Shown piece by piece: positions 49,064 to 63,680 of a stretch of 64,000 nucleotides of DNA (positions are counted from its first letter, which is position 1; each line of letters starts with the position of its first letter). The position numbers and the translations under genes were made by a program. This DNA is from Obrimoposthia wandeli. Its lineage: Eukaryota. The notes under the pieces are model-generated. The model searched no databases. It had not been told where the DNA came from and saw nothing but the letters and a program-made list of their open reading frames with translations. The DNA lies in NCBI GenBank assembly GCA_977020255.1, contig CDROCS010006029.1, positions 62,001-126,000 on the forward strand, read 5' to 3'.

Positions 49064-52000
49064 TCAGAAGTATTCTAAAGTCCTGGCTGTATTGGGTCCT
49101 GTGAGTGGAGGAGGCTGAGAGTTGGAAGCGGGACTGGATGCGTTGCTATGGCTACATTGATGTCTTGACGACACAGAAGATGATGTGGTCTTTCGGCTCT
49201 TGGAGCGGATAAGATTCTCACGGCACTGGAACAGCTGAGTCTCAGTGTAGCGGTCCTTGAAGTCGTTCAGAAACTGAAGAACCGGTGCATCCAGCTTGAA
49301 GCTGTAGGATCTGAAAGATGCAAGATGATACTTTGAGGTGATTATGGACTTAGTTATTCTAAACAAAGCCTCCACCATCTTTATAGGAAGTTTTTTTATC
49401 TTCAAATAATAGTTTAATGCCATGTTCTATTTTATTTAACTTGTATTAATACAGCTTGAAAACACAATTCTAGTTTTAATATTCAGTGATCTCTACGTGA
49501 AAATGAAGAGCTACAGCAACTGTTTCCTCTTCAACTTGCCATGTTTTTTGATTATAGCAATTTTTCTTCATTGTGATAAGAAGTGCCCAGTATAGTGTCA
49601 TCTTTGTGTTCCAAATATAAAGCAAGTCATAGTACAGAACAATGTCAAGAGTAAATCTAATCTCATACGACATTTAAAATAGCCTCCACAAAAAAGAGTT
49701 CGATGACTACGACAACTGTAAGAGGAATTCACTCATTCTACCTTGTTCAACTTCAAACTGTAACCGTAACGAATAAGTGGAAATTGAGAGCTTCAATTTT
49801 TCGGAGAGAGTTCCTGTTACATAGCCTTGAAAAACGCTATCTTGATAACTGCAACTGTTATGGATTCCAGAAATAACACTTTCATGCGAAGTTTCGGAGT
49901 TTTTTTTCGAGAAGTTTCTGCTGCAAGAAATAATAGGCCAAAATATTAAAGAAAACACCCAGCCCTTGCTCAAGAAAATTTATCTGCCACTTTCTGATTT
50001 TTCTCAAAAAAATACTTGAGCAAAAACCAATGACAAGCATAGTAAGATACATAAAATAAAATAAATATTTCGCCTTTCCAACAATTTTACTAAATATATC
50101 TTTAAAAGTCAATATTCATTTTAATTTTTTTCAATACAAACATGAAAAATTCGACATTACACCTAGTATTTGTGGGTTGTTTTTGAGTAAAACACTCCCC
50201 GATATCATTAAAATTCCTAAAGTAATAAGAGCAAGTTGATGTCACATGCAACCAATTAAATAGCTATTTAGAATTAGGTGAGACTAGACGTTGGGGTTAC
50301 TCACAAATATCGTTACGCAAAAATCCGGGTTTTACAGATCTATTATTAGTTTGGCACCTGGCAAAATAGAACATCGAACTCCACAGATTTGAATTATTAT
50401 TTCAACTTAAAAATACAATCTAAAAATACGCACACACCTTAATTTTTCATTTATTTCTGATAGCAGCCAAACTGCCAGCCACATCGCCACCATCATCAAC
50501 AAACCCAATTCCCGCAATCTAGTAAATAACCCCTCCAGCAAAATCAATGCGGATGAAAGAAACCCAGGCCCAATGTCAAAACATCTGACCTCACGTCAGA
50601 ACACATGCTATATATCGTAAAACAACATCAAACATTCCTTTCTTTCATAACGTCGAAAAAGTACAGTTTTTAATTTTCTCGTTTTAATCGCTGAACAACA
50701 TACTTCAGAACCTGAATAAAGGTTGGTGTTTCAATTAATTACTAATGATTCTGTATATAAATCGTATAATGTACATCAGTATGGTAAAGATATGGTTTAT
50801 CACACATAGTCAGTTCGCTTACCAAAAAACCCACTAAATCATGTGATCTTAATAAAGAAAGCCACTCAAAGCTGTTGGAAGTTTGAGAATTAGTTGAGGA
50901 TTTTACATCCCCAGTACTTCTATTCATTCGTTTAACCAGATACAACTACGCTTCAAATGTCAGCTATCTTGAGAGAAACTTCAGTGGGAACATGTGACTA
51001 GATGGTTTGATTAGCAAAATTATTATATGACTTTAACCATATATTTATCCATTTTGATTTTCTGACAATCTCTATTTTTCGTCAACTTTCTTATTCATTA
51101 TTTTTCAAAATGAAATGCTAGTCCATATTTGGCCACTGTATGTTGAATGTTGACATGTTGAATTTCAAATTAAGAAACTGAACCCCAAGTAATTATTTTG
51201 AAAAATATAATCAATTAATATTAATCAGAAAAAGTGCAGATATTTTCGAGATAGGAATTTTTAACAAATAAATATAAAATCAGTTAATTTCAGAGTAGCA
51301 AAAATGAAATAACTTAAAAATACTGAATAACAATAAATTAAAGTAAGACACTTGAAGATATGCGTTACAAAATAGGAGAAATTAGCGCTTACAGACGGGA
51401 GCAGAAGGGAGAAGTTGAATTTATTTTAATTAAAACGTATGAATCTATTTTCAATTACCGATTAAACAGATATTTCATGGAACTTTCCATTTTTCAAAAG
51501 GAGTTATTAAAAGCGTCACCAGTTCCCAATTTATTGCCACTCTCGCAGTCGCGCAGAAGAGTATCATAAAAATACCACCACACCAGCAACTCGAAACAGG
51601 AAGACCGAAATGAAGCGAGTCTCGCTAGACCCACTCTCTATCACTCAATCACCGAATCGATGCCACAATTGATTGATCAAACAATAAAGACAAATACAAA
51701 TTACTATGAATTTTGTCTGACTTGAGCTCATCATCAGCTTAACTATTTTCCCATTTAACCAAGAGTCGGCAGCCTTTTAAATAAAGCCAGTCATTTATAG
51801 GAATATCTTCAAGGGATTTATTTGAATGTGCATTTAGTAAATTATATTTTATTATAATATGGCACAATTATTATGTTAAGGTGATTATTATATGAACAAC
51901 CTATTACACAATAAAATGTTTAATATATACATATGGGAACTCTACGGATATTTTACTCCCATTAACCTCTTTATAAAAACAGGATTTTTAACTATTTCAA

Positions 52001-54040
52001 GAATCACGTCAATGTTGAAGACTACTCTAATGGTATAATTTCATTAATACCATCGATATTTTTAATGAGAAAAATAGTCCCAGCTGTTACATTGATATAA
52101 ATGTTACCTTCATTGGTGGCATTTTTAACAAGATAAATCAAAAGTATTTAAAATTTTAACTGAATTTTATATTCTTAAATTATAAATAAACATGTTATCA
52201 GTCTTCAAAATTTTGGATTCCGTTGATAATTAAGAAAATATCATTAATTAAAAATGCTGAAAAAAGTAATTCAAAAATTCTCATTGATCAATCAGACAAC
52301 GAATTGTTCTAAATGCACGTTAGTGTTGATTGTTGGCCAATTGGCTATTATTTATGTGTGCTGTGGTAAGTATCCTTGGGTATGTTGATCATTTCTGGTT
52401 GTAGTGTGTTGTAGTTTAATAAGAATATTAGTGAAGACTTGTTACACATTTTTAATATTTATAGCCGGACTGCGCTCTTACAAGGGTGCAATAATGTTTA
52501 AATAAATACTATATAATTTTAGAATTTGGATTACATAGGAATGCTTATGAAAACTAAATTTATGACGGGTTTGAAAAAAGTGCATTTCTTCCATGAATCA
52601 ATGATACAAATTTTCACTCTTATTTCAATAATTTAAACTTCGAGTTTCAGTAAATATTTTAAAATGACATTTTTCGACTTACTCAAATTTCTACACATAC
52701 AAGGGAATGTTTTCGACTCGAAAGAATAATTTATTTTAGTTTTATAAGAACTTCTATATATTTTTATTGGTCTATCTGTATTAAGAACCAATAAATTAAT
52801 GTAAAATTTATATATATATATATATATATAAATATATATTAATTTGTTTGAATCTTTTAAAATTATTAAACTTGTTTAATAAAAATTCAAATAAAATTTA
52901 TTGTAGTAAATACAATTTTAAAAATTAACTATATTTACACATAAACACATGATTAAGTTTAACTAATTTTATTATTATTTTTCTCTAATATATGTTAAAT
53001 TAACTATAATTAAAAACAGTATTAGGTTCATATTAATAGTTATTTTTAATTTTTTTTCTATAGTGAACTTATTAATAAACTGAAATATATATTATAAATT
53101 GGAAAGTTTTAAAAAAAATAATATATTATTATTTTAATTAATAATTCTAAAAACAATTTTGAAATAATTTGAATTATATTATATTTGATACAGTTTCTAA
53201 ACTTAATCACCATATTAATTTAACATAAAATTATGTTTAAATTTGTACATTAATAACTTTTAACTTTACGGAGAAGTTCTTATAAAATTAAAATTTTGTT
53301 TGAATATAAAATATATTGGTCAGTTTGAGTCAAAAACGTTCCCTTGACTCTGACTAGTTCACTAAGTTAATGTGATTTCTGTTGCTGCATTTGCTTCACC
53401 AGTATTTCAATTTGAGGAAGATTTTCAACAATGCACAAATCTGATCGTATTCAATATTGAAAAGGGTGGATAGATAAATATTGTTAAAGATTCAATACAA
53501 ACCGCAGATCCTACCAACGATGTAAATTCAACTTTACCAATTTAAATAAAAGAAAATTGCACAATCAGTGTGAAAAATACGCGCTCATGACCACAGGAAA
53601 AATCTTCAACATTTGACACCAACAATTTGGAAATGAGGCTTGTTAAAATACGAGTTAATTGTTAGGGTTTTCTATGTTATGATAATTTTGTAGAGCTACA
53701 GGTTCGTCAGTTTGAGGTTTAATTTTAAGATATTGGAAACAATTATTATTACAAATCGTAAGAATTACCGTTTTTCCTGTGGTAGTTGCATCTTCCGGAT
53801 GAAGAACTGAATGACAATGAAGTAGTTCCACATCTTTTTGAAGTTGACCATCTCCATAACTGCACCAGAAGAGGAGGGAGAAGCAGCCTTGACGAAGCTG
53901 GGCATGATTTCATTGAGACGCGTCAGGTGGGAGAAGATGTCAGCTAGAAGAGGGATGAAGGGCGGCTCTGCAAGCTGCACCGCCTCTAGATACTGCCGCT
54001 TGTTGGAGAGTGACATGAAGTCCGACTCTTCAGTCAGATG
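49064..54040 (-). CDS. RasGEF (CDC25-domain) protein, 3' exons 54040-53769 and 49310-49064; upstream exons not resolved
   Basis: NKRQYLEAVQLAEPPFIPLLADIFSHLTRLNEIMPS..MVNFKKM matches the CDC25 PPxIPFL..DL..N/E..INFxK region. Phase-2 splice CG|A joins the last exon. Confidence 0.8.
52809..52830. repeat. (TA)n microsatellite
   Basis: About 11 consecutive TA units. Confidence 0.9.
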
Positions 54041-55264
54041 CTGCAATGGTGGTGATTTACTACTTGCTTTTGTCAATAACTTAAATTCACGACATGTTTA
54101 CGGAATAAAATCTAATTATTACCCAATAGGTAGCGACCTTTATACTTCTAGTAGTCACTAATAGTCATATTTGAGAGGTACATAAAAATGGGGGAAAACT
54201 ATTTCTCAAGTAGTTTTAAATTTATGAAATTTTTAATATAATACACTATTTTTATTCGTACATAAAAGGAATTTTTGATTATATGATATGTCAAGTAAGT
54301 ATATTTGAGTCTAAACTGTCGAAGTTTTCACTAAACCATCTTTCAATGATAAGTTCCACTGACCAATAAATTAATATGATTATCTTAATCTTTGAAAAAT
54401 ATCGAGCACATCCTTCCTAACGATCCTTTAACTTAACAGTATAGAGTAAAGACAATTTCACTTGTAAAATATACACCAAAATGTTGTACTTCTTGCGCTC
54501 AAATTAAACGCACGTTTGAAACACACTACTTGGTTTGTTTATTTTGATATAAAAACCCTGAGGGGTAAAATCGATTAAATTTGACTGTTAATAAATGCAA
54601 TTGTCATCAAACAAGAAGTGTTGGCGCTAGGCGTTTATGACAGGCAGTGCATAGAGAGTACATCAAAATTGTAGGTAATGCGCCCAAAAATTAAACATGT
54701 ATCTCTACACAATACACAATACAGTAAACACAGTGAACATGTTTATTATGATTATATTGATGCAAGTCGTACTTGTTCTAAAACAAAATCTCGAACAGTA
54801 TCCTGCTTTATTTCATATAGCGTATGTACTTTTAAATTGCTTCAGAGATTATACGTTGTCATTGTTGGTTAATTGAATAAATTCATTCGTATACTTGTTT
54901 CTACAATGATCTATATTAGAACTTTTGAATTATATTAATTATGTGGCAAAATTTGACTGACTGTAAAACCAGATTTGCTAAAAGTCGGGATTTATGGAAC
55001 ATAATGCAAGATATAGCTTAATTATGAACAAAAAAAGGTTTTTCTTGCTCAATTCTAACTTCTGTCGCGAGATTTTTGAAACACAAAATAAGGTAATACG
55101 TGACATTCAAAAAGTGAATGCTCAAAAGAATGTGAAAAGATTATTGAATTGTAAAATCAAAATATCATACCATGAATAATAATGTAAATCGAGATGAAAT
55201 TTTAATCTAATATCATATCGATGTATTTTATTCTAATTAAATAGAGGTTATCATCCATCTATTT

Positions 55265-56312
55265 CAGGGGTGGGAAAACTACGGCCCGCAGGCCGCATGC
55301 CAAAGGTTTTTATGTGGCCCGCCAAGTTATATACGCATGTTATTTTGGGACAAAAAGAAATTGTGAAGAAATTGAATAAATGATGATCTTGAGATTTTTT
55401 ATTTTTTATTTTTGAAATTTTTTTAATGTTATAAACTCTTTTCTTTTAACTTTTGTTGAAATTTAAATTGATGTTAAAATAATTTAAATTGATCTCGTTA
55501 TTTTATTTGTTTATTTGCTCATGAAATATACCTGGAAGTGAAAGTCTTTCAATTGAAACTTAAACTTTTAGCCAAGCAGCTGAATGAGCAAAACTTTGTT
55601 CATTTTCCTCTGTTGAAAACACGAGCGGTTACACAAGCATTATCAGACAAGTACTGTTCCCAGATGATGGCTTTAAAAGAGGAATTTATCAGAAGATTTG
55701 CTGATTTCAAGGCAATTGAAGGACAGTTCGATTTGCTCAGCTCACCTTTTACCTGTGACATTGAAACAGCTACTGAAGAACTGCAGATGGAACTGATTGA
55801 TTTACAAGCTGACAACTCTTTAAAGAGGATGTTTGAAAGTAAAACACTGGTCGAGTTTTATGCATCTCTGTCCTCAGAAAAATTTCAAACTCTGAAGAAA
55901 TTTGCAAGAAAGATGTTTGTGTTGTATGCATCAACTTACATTTGTGAGCAGACTTTCTCCATAATGAAAGTTAACAAGTCAAAGAACAGATCTCTTCTCA
56001 CCGATTCAAATCTTCAGTCAGTGTTAAGGATCAGCACAACCAACTTGACACCTGATTTTAACAAACTGGTAAAAGACTGCAGTCAGATGCATCATTCTCA
56101 TTGACATTGTTCTGTTACTTATTGAGTTACTTTGTTTTTCAAATAAATGTGCTTCATGTGAAGTTTCTACTTTAAAATATTAATAAAAAAAAATTTATAT
56201 ATTTTTCTTTAAAAACCTTTTTATTTCATTTTAACTAAATATACTATGCGGCCCTTTAAATTTTTGAAATTTCTGAATGTGGCCCTTGAACTGAAAAGTT
56301 TGCCCACCCCTG
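55265..56312 (+). mobile_element. Internally deleted hAT (Charlie/SPIN-like) element, 1048 bp, 8-bp TSD ATCTATTT; open 188-codon C-terminal transposase frame at 55538-56104
   Basis: TIRs CAGGGGTGGGAAAACT / AGTTTGCCCACCCCTG; TSD at 55257-55264 and 56313-56320. ORF contains YASTYICEQTFSIMK..KSKNRSLLTDSNL..LRI. Confidence 0.93.
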
Positions 56313-59300
56313 ATCTATTTAAATTTTTTGAGCTTTTAGATTTTTTTGAAATTCCAAAGCTCTATTGAGAAATCTTTTAAATAACCCTGCGTAACAAGTA
56401 ATAACTTTTATTATACCCTTTTAACAAAATATTAGATAATCAATGTCGGTTTTCAATGTCAGAATTTCAATGCATCTTTATACTAGCCTTAATGAATCAA
56501 ATTTTGTACCTACATTATTCATTCATTAATATTTATATTATATGTAAAACAATTTTATATTAGAAAAAATACATAGAATTTGGCATGGATCGGAACAAAA
56601 AGCGTTTTTTATGACTATAAATTAGGTCATGCGGACGTGGAAGCATTCAGAAATATAAATATATCGTTTTGGTGAAGGTTTTGTTAATGAAAGACCACAC
56701 GAAGATGGGTTGAACAGTTTATCACACATTATTAGCTCTAACTGGTTTTCATATTTTCAAACCTAAATGTATAGCTTGTAATGAAATTTTATTTAAAATA
56801 ATTGCTTGTAGATTTTAAGATATCGATATGATCAGAAATCACAAATTTATACACAACAGAACGAATCGAGATATATATCAGACAGTATAACGTGTATTTA
56901 GTTGAAACCATTAATTATTCGGTAAGATTTGTTACGAAAACATAATTGTATTGGTTTCAAATGTATTTCATTGTTGCAAACGTAAGCCAAGTATTTAAAC
57001 GCCCGTACAAAGTCATTTAACTGACCATGACTTAATAACAAAGGTCCTCAAGACATCGGAATTTCATCGCCTGTATCCGTAATATTATTACCTCTTCAGT
57101 AGCTACCTCTAATTTAGAAAATTTACAAAAAATGGTAAACATTTAATCAGATAGGGATAAAAATAATACAAATGCCGTTTCAGACATAAAAAATATAATA
57201 TTTCTTATGTTGATGTTATAGTGCGTTAAAGTTACTTTTGACGCAATCGGAATTTAAAACTATTCCTAATAATACAATGAAAATATAATAAGTTTTTCAA
57301 TCAAGTAAAGAGGACCCTTCGAATAAAAGTGTGAAATATTAGAATATTAAGCTTTGTTCAAAAAATAATTTTTGTTTCGCTAAATAATTTCGCAGCATTT
57401 GTAATATTTTGGCTTAATAATATATCTAGTTATTGAATGTTACAACATTTTAAAATACAACACTATTCCCAAACTTTTACAATGTTAATGAGTCACGTAC
57501 GGTTAATCATGAAGATTTATATATTTTAGAGTTAATTGAATTAGAGGCGGCATTGAATGTCAAAAACCCCATGTTCTGTATTTCTTTAGCATCGCAAATG
57601 TCACGCATAAATCTCAATTAAATACAGCTAGTTACAAATCAAATAGAAATAGTCAAATTTCTTGCAATTTACACCTAAATGAACTTGTAACTTTCGCAGC
57701 ATTCAAATATCATTGATGCTCAATTGACCTACACAAAGAATTTATTTCTATAATGCGTGTACTAGAAACTTTCGATGAACAATGCCGAATTAGTAGGGTG
57801 CCTACAAAACCATAAAAAATGACTTATATATTGCCTCATTGAGTGTACTGTTGTTGTTTTTGTATTTAATTCATGCCCACTGTATGCTCATCCCCTGGTG
57901 CGGGTGCACTTTTGCTGTGCAATCCCGAGCACATATTTTTCAATTGAGAATGATACAATAATTTCTGAACTACTATTTTGCAAACTATTATTGTGTGAAA
58001 ATTAGGGTGTGACACGGGTCTCTAAAACCATTGAGCGTTTATATTTATATTATATATCTTACTTAGGAACTTTGAATATGAACAAAATATTATTTTTTCT
58101 TTTGTACTGACAGCAGAAAGTAAATAAAGAATAATTACGTATTATTAAACTTTCTTTAAATATTCTAAAAATAAAATTAAACCCAAAGATAAATAATTTT
58201 CATTTTCAATTATTTGGATTTTACTTAGAATTTTAATTTGGAAATGAAATATTATCATTATTAGAGGTTCTTTAACAGATGTTTATCGTGTAGGAATCAT
58301 TCGTAGACAGAAGATACTATTATTAATATTTTAACAAAATTACAAGATTTATATGCAAAGTTTGAGTCAATATAAATAGCAATAAAGACTTAAAAGTAAA
58401 AATAAAAACTATAGAAAGATACGAAGAAATTTAAAAAAATAATAACACAAAGAATCACTCCTGTAATTCATCTTTAATAATAGCAGAAATTCAGTTATAG
58501 TTATGTCCAAAATGTTTCAAATATTTAAGCATGGCAAAAGTTATAAGTTAGAAGAACATAAAAAGTTTGTTGAAATGATAAATGATGATTATAACTAAAG
58601 AATGGCCGGTGTGCCAAAACCCAATACCAAAAAGAGATAAAGGAAGATAGTTTTTAAAAACTAGCTTTCTTTATCTCTCTTTGTCTTTTGCATCCAGATT
58701 CAAATCCGTATTAGAAATTTAGAATTTCATATAAATGCTCGAGATTTTTAACAATACAGAATATAAAAACAGTGAGCTGAAGAGGCATCTACAAGATAGA
58801 GATATTATCGACAAAGAAAAAGAAAGACAAAAATTGAACTAAAGCGTCACGATATGAAAGTACAAACATTATTATTTAATAGTTATTTTAATTTTCAAAT
58901 ATATTATGAAACCTGATTTTTTTTAATGATTTTTAAATAACTGTTGCTATTGAAATTTAAACTTGATTGAGTGGAATAATATATTAATATAAACTAGATT
59001 AAATATTTATTTTATAAATGCAAGCGAACCTTCGAAAATTCCTTTAAAAAGAATAGTGCAGCCTACCAAACATATTCCGTTACAAGTGACATTCTCAGTA
59101 AACATGTGAGATTTTATAATTTTTATGTATGTTGTATGTTTAAATATTGCTCAAAACATCAAATTCTGAAGTGAAAAAATGTTTAAGAATTTACCTATGT
59201 TTGTTGAAATTGTGAATAAGTACATTGTGTAATGATTAATCGCCTTACTTCTTCTAACAGAGCACGAAACAAAGAACAAAACTTTCTTAAGTTTAGCAGA

Positions 59301-59880
59301 ATTGACACTTGGTAGAGGAAAAAGTCACATATTTGCTACAACTGAGCGGGTAGACAATTTCAGAGTTAGAAGTCGAAAGCATCGTAAGTTTAGCATTCCT
59401 GTCAACATATAATCTTTAAATAAAAGAAAAAATTTGTGAATTCGAAGAATTCAGAGGTTTTTACCACGTTAGGCAAGATAAACCAAACAGAGGTTCCTTA
59501 CGTTTCTCAATCGCATGATCTTACACTTTCTCACCTCATTTCTCGAAGAGGCAAATGATAATTATCAGTAGTTTATAGTGTCCGGGGGGCTCTGTTCCTT
59601 TGACCCAGTACCAACACTATAGACCTTAAAAACGTTTAAATGTAGTCAGAATGTCATAAAAGTACTCAAAATTACTCATCAAGTCTCAAAATCGCGCATA
59701 CTAACTCAAGGCAATAGTCCCCCGAGTTTGGTGGTCAAGGAACCAATGTTTCTATGTTTATTTGGCGAGAAAAAAAAATTGTAGAAATTTTCAATTCAAG
59801 TGGTAGAGTTTGATCGTATAAAAGGAATTTAGAATAAGGAAAGGAATGGGGTCTTTTTTCTAAGTAATTGATATAATTAC

Positions 59881-60005
59881 GAAAAAGAATCTTCTCAACA
59901 ACGTGGGTCAGTTGGTAATGTAACTTCAAAGAATTAATGGCAGACCGGGTGAATTTTGTGTTTTTATTACAAGCATCGGATCTGCAGCCACATAACTCGT
60001 CGAAT
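59881..60005 (-). CDS. Possible upstream exon of the RasGEF gene
   Basis: tttAG acceptor, open frame FDELCG..SAINSLKLHYQLTHVVEKILF (weakly like the CDC25 EL..SPNI..FN.LS.WV..IL segment), GTAATT donor. Confidence 0.3.
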
Positions 60006-60499
60006 CTAAATATGAATGCAATTTCTTGGGCGATTTGAAAGACACGTATATAAGAAAGCTACAAATGAACATTACAACACTAAAACTTTATATTTCAGAA
60101 GAATTCCAAGCAATTTATACAAGACAATTCTAACATGTATTCCCGATACGCATTCGAGGCTGAAAAAAGAAATAGTTAATGTTTAAAACATTTATGATCA
60201 CTTAAAGATGTAAATAAATCAGATTTTGTTTTGGTTCTTGACTACTTCTAAATAGAAGTAAGATTTGCATTATTACGAATATAATTATTTCTGCTTAATA
60301 AATGAAGATTGGATATGTTATTTATTCCTGAAGACGTGTAAAATTCTCATTTAACGTAATATAAAACTACTTTTCTCAAATATGTTTTATATTAATTAAC
60401 GTAAAATGCAGACTATATTATGCAGTTGTGTATAATGAACACCTTCAGAATTTTATTAAATCATCACGTTACATTAACACGCTATAATTATCATCCGAG

Positions 60500-60700
60500 T
60501 TATTATCATTGGTGTCAAAGGTAAAAAAAAACATTAAAATTATCACTACTGGTTCGGAAAGATCAATTTTTTCAGATATTCTTTGTGTCAGCAGATGGTG
60601 GAAAACTGCCTCCAACTGTTATTTTCAAAAAAAGAATACACCCAAAGAAAACGTTCCTCAAGGAATTATCAACAGATTGCAAATAGACTGTTGATGCGTG
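60500..60700 (+). mobile_element. pogo/Tigger-like DDE transposase remnant
   Basis: KNIKIITTGSERSIF..LCVS / ADGGKLPPTVIFK (frameshifted). Confidence 0.7.
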
Positions 60701-60758
60701 AAAAGATGCAGTGGCTACCTATGAAATGTTAAAATCATTGATAGTCCAATCAACTATG

Positions 60759-60889
60759 ACACAATATGGTCCAAGTCTTTCCCCGATATTTTCAAATTAT
60801 TTTTTCGTGTCCCCTGAGACTCCCACCAAGTTATCTCAGCGCCCCCAATTCAGTTGAAACTGTTTTGACAGACTTGGACCATATTGTGT
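60759..60889. mobile_element. 131-bp MITE-like element with 20-bp perfect TIRs
   Basis: ACACAATATGGTCCAAGTCT (60759-60778) and AGACTTGGACCATATTGTGT (60870-60889). Confidence 0.8.
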
Positions 60890-60894
60890 AGGCA

Positions 60895-63680
60895 CAATTT
60901 TTCAAAATATAAAAATAACAAAATGTCAATTTTTAAAAATCTCAAAAATCCCAAAATTAATATTTTTTTAATTTTCCAAAAAAGATGAAAACTATTAATT
61001 TATCCAAAAAATATATTTTTCTAATTTTAAAAATTAATAAAATTAATAATACGAATTTTTCTCTCTCTCCTTGTCAAATTGACAATAGGCAGCAAAATAC
61101 AATTTGACCTGAATGGTAAGCTAGCAATGATATTTTACCTTCTAATAATTATATATTTTCCAAATTTTCCAATTTACAAGAGCCTCTTTTCAGCAATTAT
61201 CAAATTATTCATTAAAAATCTCGTGTGCTATCCTCAAACACTGACTTTATCCACTACTCCAAATTTTATATTCAATATTTAATTCATGCTATAATGCGAA
61301 TAAAAATATTTTTTAGGAGAATAATCTCGAAGTACTTGTTTATTCATTTTTGTATTTGAAGGTATTGACAATTGTCATAATAATCATAAGTTTATTTACC
61401 ATCAAGTAATACATCAGCAGTAGTTAGTAGTATGTGTAGACAGCTATTTGTTTGACCTTGATTATTATGTGTGGTCGAGTTATACATAAAACCTACTCAC
61501 AAAATTTATTTTGATCACTATTGTAGATTAATTTGCATTGATAATTTTTTGCTCCTGGATTATCTGTAATACCGATTTGAAGAAATACAATTTTTGAATA
61601 CCTGGATTTTCTTTCTGAATTTTCTATAACAATCTAAAGTTGATCAATATCAACCCATTTAAAAGACAATAATCTTATTTAACTCGAACTATTATTTCAC
61701 ATTTATTTTTATTTGGATTATTATTTCATCTTCAATTGAATTCTATAATTGGTTTACATTTTTACAGTTGACATTTTCTTACCAATTTTTTCAATCAATT
61801 TAAAATATTTAATATTTTTTAATATGAAAAAACTTCAGAGAACATATTCCGAGGAAATTAAAATATCCTCTGTTGATAATTTAAAAGTACTTTTAATTTA
61901 TATTAAAAATATATTTATTGCTGAAGGCAATTAAACAATTTTTAATAGTTTTAATATCAAAGAAAACATGCATAAGGCTAAACAAGAAAGTAGGAAAAGA
62001 AAATTAACGAAAACAATCTGAAAAAAATTGAAATTGAGACTTATTTAAAAATCATGTTGTAGATAACTTAAGCTTTCTAGATTCTTATTTACCTGATGAA
62101 AGAGATGAAATTCTCAAAAATTGAAAATATTTATTAAAATCGAAAATATTAGTTATAAAAATATAATTAGAAATAAAATATATATTGGAAATATTTTATT
62201 TAAACTGAAAAATTAATTCGATGACTTAACATTTTTCTGCTTTATTTAAACCAGAATATTGCAAAAATAAGTAAATCAGAATATTATTAGCAATAAATTT
62301 GTTTAAATTAAGTTTAAAATTTTCTAACGTTGCATATTTTCCTATACCCTTACGATGTTGAAAATTAATTTTAACATGATTGAAAAAATTGTATCTAAAG
62401 ATACTAACTTTTGGAAAATAATATAATATTCTGTGTGTCTGTGAATATATTTTATGTTTCAAAGTCCCACGTCTGGAACTCTGTTTCTTAGCAACAAATA
62501 TATGTTTTTGATGTTGCTTTTTTAAACTTTTCAATTATGTTTTAGATATGAAATTCCAAATGAGTAATAAATAGCACATTTTTCATTTAAATTTTTAATA
62601 AATGGAAAGTGCAAATATTTCATTTTCAGATAAGTCAAAAATTAACCTTAATCACAATAAACACTTTTCACGCGAAAAAAATGATGTTCTAAGAATTTAT
62701 CCAACGTCAAGATCTATTGCCAATCATAATAAATCAGGAGATCTTGTCTTTCAATCTCAAATTTATAATCCTCTAGATATTTGTAATGCTAGATTACATA
62801 TAATCTAATTTATTTTGGAGCTGCTGGAACTGAAGCAAAACTTTTTACCATTTAACTTCATATTCCTGAATTGAGTTTAAGCTGAGATAAAGCTTCTAGA
62901 AAGACTAAATTTTAACAAACCTATTCATGTAGATTATCTAAATAGAATTTGTACAACACTTCGCATTGGAGTTGGCTCAACAATTTCAGTTCCGCTTGCA
63001 AATCTTGCATATAAACCTAAATATTCTAGTTCGATTTAAGGATACAGCAATTTCTTTAGTGAAAAATAATTCACTTTTTCTTCAATTTTCATCAATTTCT
63101 AATACAGCCATTCCTCCAGTAACAACAACAAACTGTATAAGGTCAATTCAAATTCAATGGAATAATACTTATTATCCTAAAAACAAAATGGAATTTAATA
63201 TTAAACCAAATGAGAATCTATTTCCTTATCAAGAATATATAAATATTTGTAAGGCTTTTAAAACTCAACCATAACTAAGCTTTCAATATTCAAAAAAATT
63301 GTATTCAATATTTTGTATAGATGTTTCAGATAACGATAATCGTCTGGAGATCAATAATGTTGACGTAACTCTTCATGTTACAAAAGAATCAGAGTTTAAA
63401 GCAAAGCTATATTGCCTAGTTCTCGAGGAGAAGAAAATCGAAATGAGATTTTAAAAATATATATAAAGCACAAAATGTCAATCTTTAAAAATCTCAAAAA
63501 TCCCAAAAATAATAATTTCCAATTTCCCAAAAAATAATTTTTTTTATATTAATCCAAAAAAATCTATGTTTCTTTTTTAAAAATTAATAATACGAATACT
63601 GCTCTCTCTCGTCAAAGTAACAATAGGCAGCAAAATACACTTGCCCTGAATGGCAAGTTAGCAATAACATTTTACCTTTC
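60895..63680 (+). repeat. Pair of diverged ~240-bp direct repeats (about 60895-61140 and 63450-63680)
   Basis: Shared blocks AAAATGTCAAT.TTTAAAAATCTCAAAAATCCCAAAA and GTCAAA.T.ACAATAGGCAGCAAAATACA.TTG.CCTGAATGG. Confidence 0.8.

Noticed and set aside
57530-57620. Peptide RFMRDICDAKEIQNM resembling the RasGEF KFIKIAxxCKExxN motif
   Set aside because: In-frame stop just upstream and no good acceptor or donor; probably coincidental.
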